A DNA stretch of 64,000 nt from Podarcis gaigeae (Eukaryota): assembly GCA_964106915.2 (NCBI GenBank), contig OZ066914.1. One strand, written 5' to 3'. The position numbers and the translations under genes were made by a program. The notes under the pieces are model-generated. The model worked only from the letters and a program-made list of their open reading frames with translations. It made no database searches and was not told where the DNA came from. Positions 1-13,275 of this stretch are shown here, one piece after another (the first letter of the stretch is position 1; each line of letters begins with the position of its first letter).

Positions 1-919
1 TGTGATAAGTAAGTGTTGCCCAGAAGGTATATGAAAGCAGCCATATACAAAGGACTTGTAAATTTGGTTTTTCATGGACATGTTCACTTTCACTGAGAAA
101 AGTAATTGCATTCTGGCACATACAGTTAAACCCTCTTCTAATGAAGATAAAGGGATTGTACAGTGCAGTTCCTCACAGTGTAAGCCTCATTCTGTGCTTG
201 AAACCAGAGAAGAAAGGTTTCCACACCAATACTGTCTTGTCTGTATAGGATTAGGCTTTTAGTAGATCATACAGGAAGAACGCATGGTAGTTTCGTAAAA
301 AGAGTGTATGGTATTTCACATGGTGGGAGAACTCTTGACAATGTGAAGTAGGAGGGAAAGCAGATGACAATTGTAGCAATCGCGCCTAACTTTCTGTGAC
401 CGCTTGCCTATTGAAAATACTCCACTTCTGCACCGTCTTCAATTCAACAGTTGTTTCTGCCTGCAAAAGAAGAAAATAAGTTTTTTCTAAGATCTACAAA
501 TTGCTTCCTAGGCAATTTCATGCTCTTTTTGAATGTCAGAATACCTTTCAGTATGCTAGAGTAAAGAGATACAGTATGTGTGATTTTGGGAGCCAGATGG
601 ATTGTTGCCAGGGCAAGGATCTCGTCTCTGAACATTTAACAATCACTCCAGCTGGTGTTACCACTTCCATGCACCACAGCTGATATCCACTGAGGGCTCA
701 TGATGGTGATGAAGATCCTGGAGTAGAGCCTAGCAAGTCAGACAGAGATTTAGAGATTCAGGGCCTTCTCTTAGATACTCCCATGCTGGCATTTGTACTC
801 TAATGTGTTTTCCTCTTCCTAAGTGACTTAAGTTCTGCTGCACCAAATTAAATATTTAAGCAGATCATTATTTGGGTTAAATGTGAGTTCTTGGTACATT
901 CAGCATGTGTTCTCACTGA

Positions 920-1123
<204 letters not shown>

Positions 1124-2488
1124 TAGAACTCAAGCCAGTTAAAGCTCATTTGTTCAGTTAAGACTTTTGCCAAAATCCACATTTTAGATTAGACAAACCT
1201 ATAAAATAAAAGTTTGTATAGCATAAGCTACATAAATTGCATAAAAATCCTTCCAGAGAAAAAATATAATGAAATAATGACTCTTGAGTATTATGTGTGT
1301 GATGCAGCAGCTACAGTAATAGAGTGTTGGTAGCTAGATTTTGAAGAACATTTTTGCCCTATATAATATTGATTCTGTACTTTGCTTAGTGTAAATAAGC
1401 CAGCTCTCCTATTTGGTTTCTTTCTACTAACCACAGTTAAGGGCTTTCTACAGTTTGTCCAGGTTCAGTTGTCACAATAAACTGCAGTTAAAATAGAAGC
1501 GGAAACTTGCAAGCTCCTCACAGCAATGCCAGAGGAGTGCAGGAGGTACATGTGAGGTCAAAGAGTGTTACGGCTTGTCTTCATCATGCTAAACTATTGT
1601 TTAGCATCACTTGTGAATGCAGCCAGTCTCATGCTTCCTAGACCGTTTATTGGTCAACAATTTGTGATGTTTTTCTATCAAGCAACAATGGCTAATCCCC
1701 ATAGCATATGTTTTGCCAGTCAAGGCATGCTTAACAGGCATAGCATTTGGTCTATTGGTGTCAGTACCATAAATTATTTAAGTTATTATTGGAAATAACA
1801 TTAAGTGATAAGAGATAGTCATGTTTAAATGCTCACATACAGTAAATCTGCCTACCCCGTTCATTTTTGTGTCCAGTTCTTGAATTGCTTAATATTTTGT
1901 TAATATTTTTGCAAGGCTGTGGTAACAGCATCAGAATTGCTTAATTTGTGCATCCAGCTTAATCTTTCTCTGCTGTGCTGACAGTGACCTTGTTTATTGA
2001 TGTACAGTCTGCTTTCATGGATGGCATTCAAAGCAAGCTTGTGACAAGCTTTACATTGGAGCAGTCCAGGCCCCTCACCTGCTTGTTGATCTTCTTTCAC
2101 AAATTCACTTTGTGCTGCATCCAGAGGTTCTGTTACAACCCATTTTTGCTGCTGTTTCCTGTTTTTTAAAGACTCAGTTGGAATGGGCACCTGTTTAGCG
2201 ATGATAAGTTTCCCTGAGAAAATGAATCCATATTATCTGAAGAAATTGAGTTTTGATTTTCCTACTCTTTAACCCCTTTGATAGCTTTGGTGCGTTTTCT
2301 CTTTGTTTCACTTGCTCACGCTAAATGCTTAAGTGGTTTAAAAGTCCATTTGGATACATTGCTGAGAATGGAATGCCTAAATGTTTACAATGCTGTAATA
2401 GACCGTTAGTTTCACTTGGCCAGCCAACGTTCTCCCTATTAGTGTGTTTTCAGATGGCATAACTGAACTATTGTCTTATGTCAAGTAG

Positions 2489-2641
<153 letters not shown>

Positions 2642-4318
2642 TAATATTCAAAATCCATATGTTCCATATGTTCCAAAATCCATATGTTCAAGGCCCTAGT
2701 TGCAAAATTTCAGGTTGAATTTTGATCGTTCAAAATTCTGATGTAAAAATACAACAGAAATATTTTTTTAAAAAATATAATACTAAAATAGCAAATAGGC
2801 AACAACCCTTACATTTGAAATGGCACTAATCAGCAGACAGCAAATGCCATGGAAAACAAGAGTATCTTTGTTGATAGTGAAAGATGTTCAAAGAATACCA
2901 GATGGAAGATGGTTTCAAAGGCTTGGCCCCAAACTTAAAAGTCCTGCTTTAAGTGGCAGTTCTTCACTGATCTTCCATAGCACAGAGGAATTATTGTTAA
3001 GTAGTCTACATCCTATTTCCCTGATAGTGAATAGGGGTGGTAAGGCATATTATACATATAACCATGTCACATGTTATGCACATGGTGATGGGTATGTATA
3101 AAATCCTGAAACACTCCTTCCCATGCTCCGTCAGGTATAGGATATTTTAACCAGCTCAAATGTATTCCTGGGGCTTGTCCAGGTGTTGTTTGAGGCAGCT
3201 TGTGCAACTTTTTCACTTAAAACCCAATGTCAGAATTCCAATTTGGTGTATGCTGTTTTTAAAAAATCCTAAAGGCCTTGAAGGATTGCTGCTAAAAGTA
3301 CTAGTCAGTTTTGACATGTTAACATGGTAAACAGTTCACAATGTGGATATTTAATCCTTAGTATATATCACATACTTGCCCTTCTCTAAAGCTAATCTTT
3401 AAAACACAGCTTAGTGCCAAAAATCTGAACAGTAGGTTTAGCATTGAATGTTGATGTTTATGAATGGCATTCATCCAGTGGTATGTGTAATAGGGTGGCT
3501 TGAATGCTTAACATAAATATAGTAGTTCAACTTTGTCACCTAAACAGCTGTATTTTTGCTTTTCTTTTAAGATATTGAATATAAACATTTGTGCTCAGTA
3601 TTATTTGACATCTTGGAGTGAGTACTCTAAACAACTTCACAACAATAGGTGTTGCTGATTAGTAGTGTAGTTGCTTAGACAGAGTCGCAAGTGTGCTGGT
3701 AGTTTAAATTTCAATGCTATCTTGCAAACTGAAGAATACACAAGATCTTTTTACTACTCCTGATAATCTTGCACTGGAAAACAATTTATATTGGGTTTAA
3801 CCAACATTAGTTGTACTAACGTTGGCTAGATACGCCTAATTTCATTACATTAATTTCAATGAGTAAAACATGGATACAATCTACTGGTTATTAGTGGTCT
3901 CAGGGAAGTATTAGTTGATTTTCAAGGCAGTATCCAATGAAGTAGTTCTGTTTGACTTAGTGCAAGGACTTTTGGCTGTGCAACAAAACTTCCCCTTCCT
4001 TCCATCTTCCCATGTGCACCTTAAACCTCTTCTGGGGTTTCCCTTCAACTCTCCAGAGCAGATTAGGAGAGGAGGCATGGGGTGGGGGGAGAGAGAAGAA
4101 ATAGAGGAAGTTCTATTGTGAAAATTCTCAAGCTCGCAGAATCCTCAAGCTTCAACCCCAACTTTGCTATTTTTAATTGCTTGGGGCCAAAGAATTGTGT
4201 TTGCAAAGTGAATGCACTTCATCTCATGCACAGCAGAAAAGGGGTTGCCAACTTCTGCAGCTGCAACTTCTGCATGCTGAACGATAACAATTTAATAATG
4301 AAAAATTATCTCCCTTAA

Positions 4319-4480
<162 letters not shown>

Positions 4481-5149
4481 TAAGTAGAGTAATTATCACC
4501 AAATCGTGTTGGAGGAAAATTAATGGACGAAAGTAAAGTGCCAGATTGTTTTCCTGGTGTTCCACTTCATCGGAAGACCATTTTTGCTCGTTAGCAGCAA
4601 AGGAAGCACAAACATGAGGGGAAGGAATATCTTCAAATATTTAACAAGCCAAAATCTTAGTACACTACTAAGTTGCTTTTACTAATAAAGCATAAGCTTA
4701 TTATTTGTGTGCTAATTTTGACATTGAGAGATGATTCACTATGTTTCTTAAATGCAAGTTTCCCTAATATCTATTTGAAGAAATGAGACGGTGTGTCACA
4801 TTTCTGCTACAAGTGACTTTACATATTGAACTTTTATATATGTATATTTGTTCTTTTCTAACTGTCTGATGCTGTGTATCAAAAACCTGGGTCTTTCAGT
4901 ATAGCTGTTGCATCTAAAACTGGCTGGTTGTATGCATTTTATTGCTTGCACCTCTGCAACTTTAAGACAGGGAACTCTAGAGACTTGAAGTGCTGTGTAA
5001 ATGAAACAATGTAGAACAGAATAGGAAGTGTTGGACCTCCTCGGTTGCTTGCTAAGTGTCTACAATGTGATATCTAAATTTATTCATCTAAATCTTAATA
5101 GTTGGTGGATGATAAGAATCTTTAAAAATTAGCTGGATAACGGAATGCG

Positions 5150-5155
5150 AATAAA
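5150..5155 (+). terminator. Candidate TMEM9B polyadenylation signal AATAAA (alternative at 4684-4689)
   Basis: Hexamers in the 3' UTR; which one is used cannot be told from the sequence. Confidence 0.4.
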
Positions 5156-8100
5156 TTATTCAGAATCTCCTCTTGTCTTGGGAGTTAGTTATACTTGGAA
5201 AAATTATTTTGATTCCATAAAATTTGTCAAGTGAAGCATTTTAAAATGAAATACCATGTGGAATCCATTTGGGTATTTCAGTCATCAGGTCAATGCATTT
5301 GAAGGCATTCATAGTTTTAAGACTGGAATTGGGTAGTTTTAAGTTTTTTGGGGGATTTGCAGGCAATTTTTTTTTAAACAGACAGCTGTTAGCCATCTGG
5401 ACCCTCTGGAACAATTACTGTCCAAGCAGCATTTCTGTTGTGAGAATATTTCAGTTTTCCAGAAGCAATATATTGATGCTTGAAAAGGCAATCTCCCCTG
5501 CACCAAGCTAGTGTGCTTATTGCAGTTGTGGCTGCTTTGTAGCTCTGCAAATAGTATCCACAGTTTCCATAACTGATATACTTCCCCTGTGCCCCAAACT
5601 TACACAGGTTGCTGAATTTCTTTATTGGGTGTTTCTATGTTTTCGCTTTAGGCGCTGAAAATCCTTTTAATGTCCCGCAGCAACATGGGAATGCTCATCT
5701 TGTCCTTCAGCAAGAACAAATATGAATCCATTGCAGTGCTATGTACAGCTGTGCTCAACCATTGTGCTTTCTTTCTTTTTGGCAAAACCATTGTGCTTTC
5801 TTTCTTTTTGGCTATGAGCATTCATCTTGATTGGTCATTAGTTTGAGGACAAGGAAAGATTTCTTTGTCATAGCAATACTTTTAAAATGCATTTGAAGCC
5901 ATGCTGTAATTACAACACTTTTGGGGTGTGTACCCAAGACTTGATTTGACCAAAGCCTGTTGTTATTCCTTCATCCTAAGGTAGTGTGTTTAAACCTGGT
6001 TTGTTTTGTCAGTGTGAGGACTTGAAGGTTTAGCTTGGTGGTGGTAATTTAAGTACATAGCCAACTAAGGGGGATAGCCAATGTTCGTCATTAATGTAAG
6101 TAAACCCATTGATGTCATTGGACTTAATTCAATTGATTTCAAGGAGTCTATGTGGAATATAACCTAGATTCAGTTGCAATTCTATAGACGTCTGCTCAGA
6201 ATTAAGTCTTGCTGAGTTCAATGAGGCCTTCTCTCAGATAAGCGGCCATAGAATTGCAACCCTAATTCTCTTTGGCCTAAACATACTTGGCAAAAACAAG
6301 TTTTCTCCTAAAAACCTAAGCTGTGATCAAATTTGCATTTGTGCAATGGTACTTTTAACCACCTCCATTCATTTTGTAGCCTCTGGTGCTCCCTAAAAAG
6401 CAGCATTATTTTTAGACTGCTTTTCTGCCTGAAAGCCCTTAAAGCAGCTTACAACAATGAAAGCAAAATAAATCGCCCCATTACAATTACTGAAAACATA
6501 ATGCAGCAGAGTATAATAGTGACTGTAGTACAGTACCACAGTAAGGCAAAATAGTCAGGGCAACATGAATTCCTCAGGGCCAAAGGCCCAGCTAAATAAA
6601 ATACTGGCCACAGTGCCAGTAACACAATAGGTGGACACTTTGCATGGGAAATGGCAGGTCTTAAAAGCCATATATAGTTTAGGCCCAATATATTTAAAGG
6701 TGTGGACCAGTATTTTGAACTCCAAAAGAACTGGGAGAAAAAGGCTTCATATACGGTAATAGGCCTGTGAAAGAAGTCTGGCTGGAGCATCATGCTCCAT
6801 TTGTAGTTTCCAAAACTTTTTCAGAGTTGTATGCAGATTATGTTATCGTAGTCCAGCCTTGATGTGCCCAAGGCATACAGGGCCAGCCATATAATGAGGC
6901 ATGGTGAGATACTTGCCTGGACAGCAGATCACAAAGGGTGGTTGACCCACCATACTGTTTACAAGCCAGTTGGCCTTGCAGCTGCCACCCACACCACTAT
7001 AGGTGGCCAGTCTGCCTGCTGTAGCTATTACTGCAGTATTGGCTGCTATCACCACTACTGCCTGCCCCCTTGTTCATAAGTTCCATTATGGTTGCCACAG
7101 GGATGCAGTTGGTTGCACTCCAAAAGGTCCCTCTGAGCTTGCTGTCGCTCTCTGAGGAAATGGAATCACATACCCAGGAAATAATGATAACTTTCTCTAC
7201 CCATGTGGTCAAACTTGCCAGTCAAGATGGATATAGGTCAAGTGAGCAGGTGGTCTGCAGGTAGCCGTTGTTGGGCTACTGCTGGCTGGGAGGTGGACCC
7301 CATCTTAGCCTCCCCAACCCTTTTCTGCTGTACCTGCAGAACAGCAGCCCTTTGGAAGAGTCCGAATGTTTGGCCGGCCAGCCCTTCTCATGAAGAGTAA
7401 GAATTTTGACACAGCTGTGGCCGGTTTCTCTATCTCTGGTTTCCTGGGAAGCCTGCCTATGTGGAGTCTTGCCATTGGTGGTGAGCTGAAACTGGCGGGC
7501 TGGACTCAGGGTGACTCCAAAGGTGAGTTGTTTATTTGGGTGGGTTCTTCCTTTCAGAGGGTGATGAGGGTGAGGACACTCCCCCATTGGTGGTGACTGG
7601 TTGTGGGTGGGCTTGCTTCTAGGTGAGTGTGTGAAGCAGATGTCTGTGTGTATGTTAACCTGGATTCCAAGTAAAGTGGAATTATGGGGCGCTTCATCTG
7701 TGATGAAAGCATGAATAAACTTACAAGGATGGACCACCAAGAGTTGTAAACAAAAACCAAATAACCTCATAATGTGGAACATTGATTTACATGGTACTGA
7801 TATAATTATGTTGGGAAAATAAGCCAACAGTGTAGATTTTAATATGAACTCTACCTGTATTTGGTCAGATTTATCATAATTTCTCCTCAGCTACTGCTCT
7901 AGTCATCATCTGCCAGTGGAAGAGGCAACTTGAGAGCAGAGAAGGGGCAGAGTTGGGGGGGTTACCATTTCACAGTATGCTCTCTTCTGCTTATTTATTT
8001 ATTTATTTATTATTACTATTAATTTACATCCATACACAATCTTGGGTACATGTACAGCCTTAAATAGTTATACCATTAAATACTGATTTAAACTTGTATT

Positions 8101-8179
8101 TGTACATGGTCTTTTCTTGTAATTTCTAACTAAACTCTTCTGCTTAGTTAAGTTGCTAAACAAATTACATTTAAAATGA

Positions 8180-8710
8180 GTGCTTGGCATAACCAAATCT
8201 GTAGAAGACAGAGTTAGGATTCAAGATGATCATAACAGAGTAGAGAACTGGGCCCAAACTAACAAAATGAATTTCAATAGTGACAAATGTATGGTTCTGC
8301 ACTTAGGCAGGAAGAGCCAGATGCACAAATATAGGATGGGGGACACCTGGGTTGTCAGAAGTACATGTGAAAAGTCTCTAGGGGCTTTAGTAGACCACAA
8401 GTTTAACATGAGTCAACAGTGTGATGCAGCAGCAAAAAAAGCTAATGCTATCTTGAGCTGCATCAACAGAAGTAAAGTGTCTTGATCAAGGGAAGTAATA
8501 GTGCTGCTCTATTCTGCCTTGGTCAGACCACACGTGGAGTACTGTGTCCAGTTCTGGGCGCCACAATTTAAGAAGGATGTTTACAAGCTGGAACATGTGC
8601 AGAGGAGATTGGATGGCCATCTGTCAGGGATGCTTTAGTTGAGATTCCTGCATTTCAGGGGGTTGGGCTAGATGACCCTTGGGGCCCCTTCCAACTCTAT
8701 GATTCTATGA
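8180..8710 (+). mobile_element. CR1 LINE 3' fragment, internally deleted
   Basis: RT C-terminal peptide (IQDD..W...KMNFN.DKC.VLHLG...EKSLG.LVD.K.NMSQQC.AAAKKAN) joined at ~8608 to the CR1 3' UTR, ending in a TCTATGATTCTATGA tail. Confidence 0.9.
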
Positions 8711-9173
8711 AATTGGTGATGACTGGACAGTGAACTGGCTTTAACTTTTACTAAGAAATGTCAGCATTTTATGATTTCCCAGTGGCCTTCTAAAATTGAT
8801 TTGTAAATATCCACATTCACAGGCATTTATTGTAACTATAAAGATCGTCTGAAATAAATTTGTTGAGATTTGATTTGTGTGTTTAAGACACCTGAAGAAA
8901 TATGTGGGGAAAGTACTCAAGATCTAGCAAATTCTTCTACAGTGTAAATATGAACATTTATTTGATAAAAATTAGTAAATTATTACAACAACTTACGCAT
9001 TGGCAGTGTATAAATATGCTTCTGTCTGAAACCATAAAAACCATCTAATACGTTACACTTTCTATCCCATAATTCTAATATTTGTTGCCTTTATAGCTGC
9101 AGTGTGGGTGGAAGAAGCTAAACCAGAAAAGAGCAGATCTAACTGTAAGCTACTTTGCATATTGTCAATTGAC

Positions 9174-9238
9174 TATAAATTTAGATCTGTCTTTTGACTC
9201 AGTCCAACAGGCACAAGAACTGTGGAACTCAGGTAAGG
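9174..9238 (+). promoter_or_regulatory. ASCL3: Candidate ASCL3 TATA box and short non-coding exon 1 with donor
   Basis: TATAAAT at 9174-9180, then CAG|GTAAGG donor at 9233; a matching acceptor sits at 11017-11018. Confidence 0.45.
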
Positions 9239-9884
9239 AATGTAAGGTAGATAGAGGCTAATAGCAAAATGTTACATGGTTTTTGTTAATATTAATCCAG
9301 ATTGTTAAATTTAAATGATGCACATGATAAATATATACTTTGTGAGCTCTAGTTTATAGAATAGATCTATAGAGAAAAGTGCTTTAAGAATCAGCTTACT
9401 AACATACATAATTTTAGTGTGGAATTTTGAAGTTCAGTCCCTGTCTAATATTTTAGATTTTTCCTTGTGGTTCTGGGGATTCTTTTCCATTTCACCATAA
9501 GCAAGTCTAGGAATGAAAAACTTAGCTTTGTTTTATGATCTTGTGTTTTGTCTTTGGCACTGAGGCAAATTTCAGAAAGAATAAAGGAAATTATTTGAAT
9601 TAATGAGACTTTACTTCATAGTAAATAATTCAGTTAACTGAGGTTTCTAATTCAAGTTAAAGGTTTGGTGAATTCAGTAATCTTTCCAAATGTTAAAATG
9701 CAAACATTAATTGACATTTTTATTATAGACAATTTTTATTATAGACAGTTTACTGATTCAGCTTTTATAATGCATGATCAATAAATATGTTTCATTGATT
9801 GCTGTTTAGCAATATAAAACTCCTAGCACATTTGCAAAGCTAAGCAGTGTCTGGTATGGTTTCAAATTGGATGGGGGACCAGAC

Positions 9885-9954
9885 ATGTTGAGATTCCTGC
9901 ACTGGAGGAAGTTGGACTAGATGACCCTCCAACTCTACAATTCTATGATTCTAT
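9885..9954 (+). mobile_element. CR1 extreme 3' end fragment
   Basis: gttgagattcctgca...ttggactagatgaccc..ccaactctac.attctatgattcta, similar to the 3' end of the CR1 at 8.7 kb. Confidence 0.8.
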
Positions 9955-11062
9955 AATTCGGTTAAATCTTCCTTGCTCTACATTACAGGCTGCAGACCCA
10001 ATTTGTTTGTGGGGGACACGTTCTTCTGTACATGTGTGTGTTATGGAATTCTCTATGCTGGAGTAGGCTAGTGGGAACTGACAAGTGTGATTGTGAGGCA
10101 CGGGGAGAGCCAATTTCATCCCTTACATGTTCTGAAAGTCAGTTGGTGGGTCCTGAATCATTACGGAAGATTGATTGCTCTCTAAGCAACTTCCCATTAA
10201 ATCCTAACCACATAGATTATATGCAATTAAATAACATGCCCGCAGTCAGAGTAATACTTTGATATTTGCTAGCAAGCTGATCCAGTAATCCCTGATAAAT
10301 GGAAGAAAACAACTTCTTACACTATTGACTATTGCTTATAATAAAAATAATGTATTGGAAGGGAGGATGAGAAACATTAATTTACCATTACCTTTCACAT
10401 TATTTGCTATATGAAGTTGTTGAGTTGCTATATTACAGAATAAAATATACAACATTATTTTGGCTGGAGGAGTTGGCAAATTTTGAATTCTGATGTTAGG
10501 CACAGCCTGAAAAGGAGAGTTTCTGTTAAAAGATATGGGGCACAATTTGATCAAGGTGAATACATGTAGGCCTCAATAATTTCAGTGAGAGAGTTAAGCA
10601 CATTTCAAGCTTTCCCAAAGACAACACCCCTCTTTCCCTGGGCTAATAATCAGCATAAGTGATAGGAATAGCGAGGCACACACTGCAGAGAAAATGAGTG
10701 GGTACAGAGAATAATGGAGAAGTTCATGTACCAGTCATTCTGACAATGGCATGTGTTTTTGCCTAGGAAAATCTGCCATATGATTTCACATCCTCAACTG
10801 TAAAGCTAAAGAGATTTATCTAGTTGCAAGTATCTATGCTTATATTGATTTTAAAATATGTCCTTTGCATATGGAACACTGTATTTAAATAGGTCAGTAC
10901 AACACCGTCTCCCACATATTTGCATAATATCAGAAGTGCACTAAAAATACTGACAATCACACCTAGCCTATTGCAATGTATGAATCACTAAAGCTGATAC
11001 ACAGTTCTCCATTTCTAGCTCTATACCTGAGACACCACAGTTTGGGCAGCTTTTGGGATGCC

Positions 11063-11569
11063 ATGGACAGATTGCCAATCTTAAGCGACTCCCACGCTGG
11101 ACAGATGTCTAGACTTGGCTGCAGGGACCTTTATGCTGCACTCCATTTCTACCCAGAGATCCCAAACCAACTTGCTGGCCCCGAAGATTTGCCTCTGCTT
11201 CCTTTCACACCAGAGCAGCTGACGGCTGAGAATTTCTACAGTGATCCTTGTGCGTTCCCGTTTCAAGGTCCCTGTGGGAATTTTGGCAGATGCGAGTACT
11301 CTTGCGGCCCAGCATTCATCAGAAAAAGGAATGAAAGGGAAAGGCAGAGAGTAAAGTGTGTCAACGAAGGCTACGCCAAACTCAGACATCACCTACCTGC
11401 CGAATACCTAGAGAAACGACTCAGCAAAGTAGAAACACTCCGAGCTGCAATTAAATACATCAGGTATCTCCAATCTGTGCTTTACAGTGATTCAGAGGAG
11501 AATAGCAGGGAAGCTCACCACACACCCAAAGATAGCTCTCAAAGCGATCACGCTCCAAGAACTTCATAG
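11063..11569 (+). CDS. ASCL3: Achaete-scute family bHLH transcription factor 3 (single coding exon, ~168 aa)
   Basis: bHLH PAFIRKRNERERQRVKCVNEGYAKLRHHLPAEYLEKRLSKVETLRAAIKYI; lies between TMEM9B and C11orf16 as in other amniotes. Start placed at gccATGg 11063, after the acceptor at 11018 (the ORF is open from 10976). Confidence 0.93.
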   Translation: MDRLPILSDSHAGQMSRLGCRDLYAALHFYPEIPNQLAGPEDLPLLPFTPEQLTAENFYSDPCAFPFQGPCGNFGRCEYSCGPAFIRKRNERERQRVKCVNEGYAKLRHHLPAEYLEKRLSKVETLRAAIKYIRYLQSVLYSDSEENSREAHHTPKDSSQSDHAPRTS

Positions 11570-13041
11570 TCTGCTCAAGAGGAAATAAAGTCTTCTCTGG
11601 AAGCTCCAAAGACAACCCTGCCTGTTCAAAGATGCTTGTGAGACTGAACTTGCTATACAAAATGTGGTGATTTCAGGGCTTGTGACTGTGATGACATGAA
11701 TCTTGCTAAAATGTGTGGAAGTTTCAAATGATTGAAATGGCTGGAATCGTTTTAACAGATTGAGATGAGAGATCAGTAATACGTGGTTAATTTTGGTTAC
11801 AAGGGGGCAGGGGAAGACGCCAATGTGTCAACTCAAGCTGAATGCTTTAGGTTATATTTTAATAAAAAGATTCTGCTCCTTTCTGAGAACAGTAACCTCT
11901 CTCTCTTTGCTAACATTTATTTCTAAAAAATAATATAATTTAAGTTTCTCTATAGATTGATAAAATGTACAGTATAAAGTTTCTGTATAGATTCTGTTTG
12001 CACAGAATGTATAAACTGGAAACCACTTGACTGTTGTAACAGCAAGAACAAAAAAGACAGTATTGTAAAAACACACTAACTTTGGAAATGCTAATATTGA
12101 GTTAATTTTATCTGGATATTTTGTTTTTCGAAATCTAAATAAATCCTTGTTCCATGATCAAACTATATCTTAGAAGAATTTTGTTGTATTATACGGACAC
12201 ACAGTGAGAGAAAGACAATTAAGTGTCACAACATCGATAGTGAGTGGAAGAAATGAAGCTGAAGGAGTGTCTATACCTCTTGTTACTCCCTCTATTTCAA
12301 GAATATAAAGAAACTAACAAACGTACCTTAGGTTCTCTCAATTTTACTATTCCATTGTTTACTTGAGGATTTGAGCATCATAAATATTACTGATATAGAC
12401 ATTCCAAGAAAGATGCTTCTTCAGTGGTCTTTGAACTGCTAATCGGAGGAACACCCCTCCCCCAAATAATATAGAAAAAGCTTGAATCTTCTTATAAAGT
12501 CCTCTTTCCACATGGCTTTATTAGTAGTAATATTTATTAATATATATCATGCTTAATTGCCAAAGTGGCAATTCATAGGTGCAAGACAATTACAAAAAAT
12601 ATAAATGTACAATACAAAATTCCGTAAAAAATATTAAAATAAATAGCTACAATTAAATTGTGCACTAAACCAAACCCATTAAAACACAACAGTTAAAACA
12701 ACTATTGAAATAGTTCTTTCAACCAAATACATGTTAATAAAGTTATTTATTTGTCACATTTAAATAAATTTCTGCAGGGTAGAAATGAGGTGCTGCTCAA
12801 AGTGGATTGTGGTTGCAGCTAGCTGAATAGTTTTTATCTTTATCAATAAGCTAAATTTAATAGATAATGATTTTAATTATATATTTTAATTTGTGTGCGT
12901 GTGTTTAATGTAAACCGCTCTTATGTTTTATTACAATCAAATGGTATAGAAATCTTGTGAAATAATAAAGAAATATTTTTATTGAGGAAAGGCTCTATAG
13001 TGTAGAGTGCACTGTGACTTTGAGCATTTGTTTTTTCTTTA

Positions 13042-13275
13042 CAGTGGTACCTCGGGTTACATATTCTTCAGGTTACATACGCATCAGGTTACAGACTCCG
13101 CTAACCCATAAATAGTACCTCGGGTTAAGAACTTTGCTTCAGGATGAGAACAGAAATCGTGCAGCGGCGGCAGCAGGAGGCCCCCCTAGCTAAAGTGGTG
13201 CTTTAGGTTAAGAACAGTTTCAGGTTAAAAACAGACCTCCAGAATGAATTAAGTTCTTAACCCGAGGTACCACTG
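13042..13275. mobile_element. Tc1/Mariner (Tigger-like) MITE
   Basis: TIR CAGTGGTACCTCGGGTTA...TAACCCGAGGTACCACTG flanked by TA target duplications; close copies at 26.9 and 59.4 kb. Confidence 0.9.

Noticed and set aside
5757-5812. Short tandem duplications (also ~2650-2690, ~49677-49747, ~60920-60962) as CRISPR-like arrays
   Set aside because: Two-copy slippage duplications without spacers; ordinary in vertebrate DNA.
6400-7830. Cluster of ORFs up to 183 aa between TMEM9B and ASCL3
   Set aside because: No recognisable domain; probably decayed repeat sequence that I could not assign to a family.
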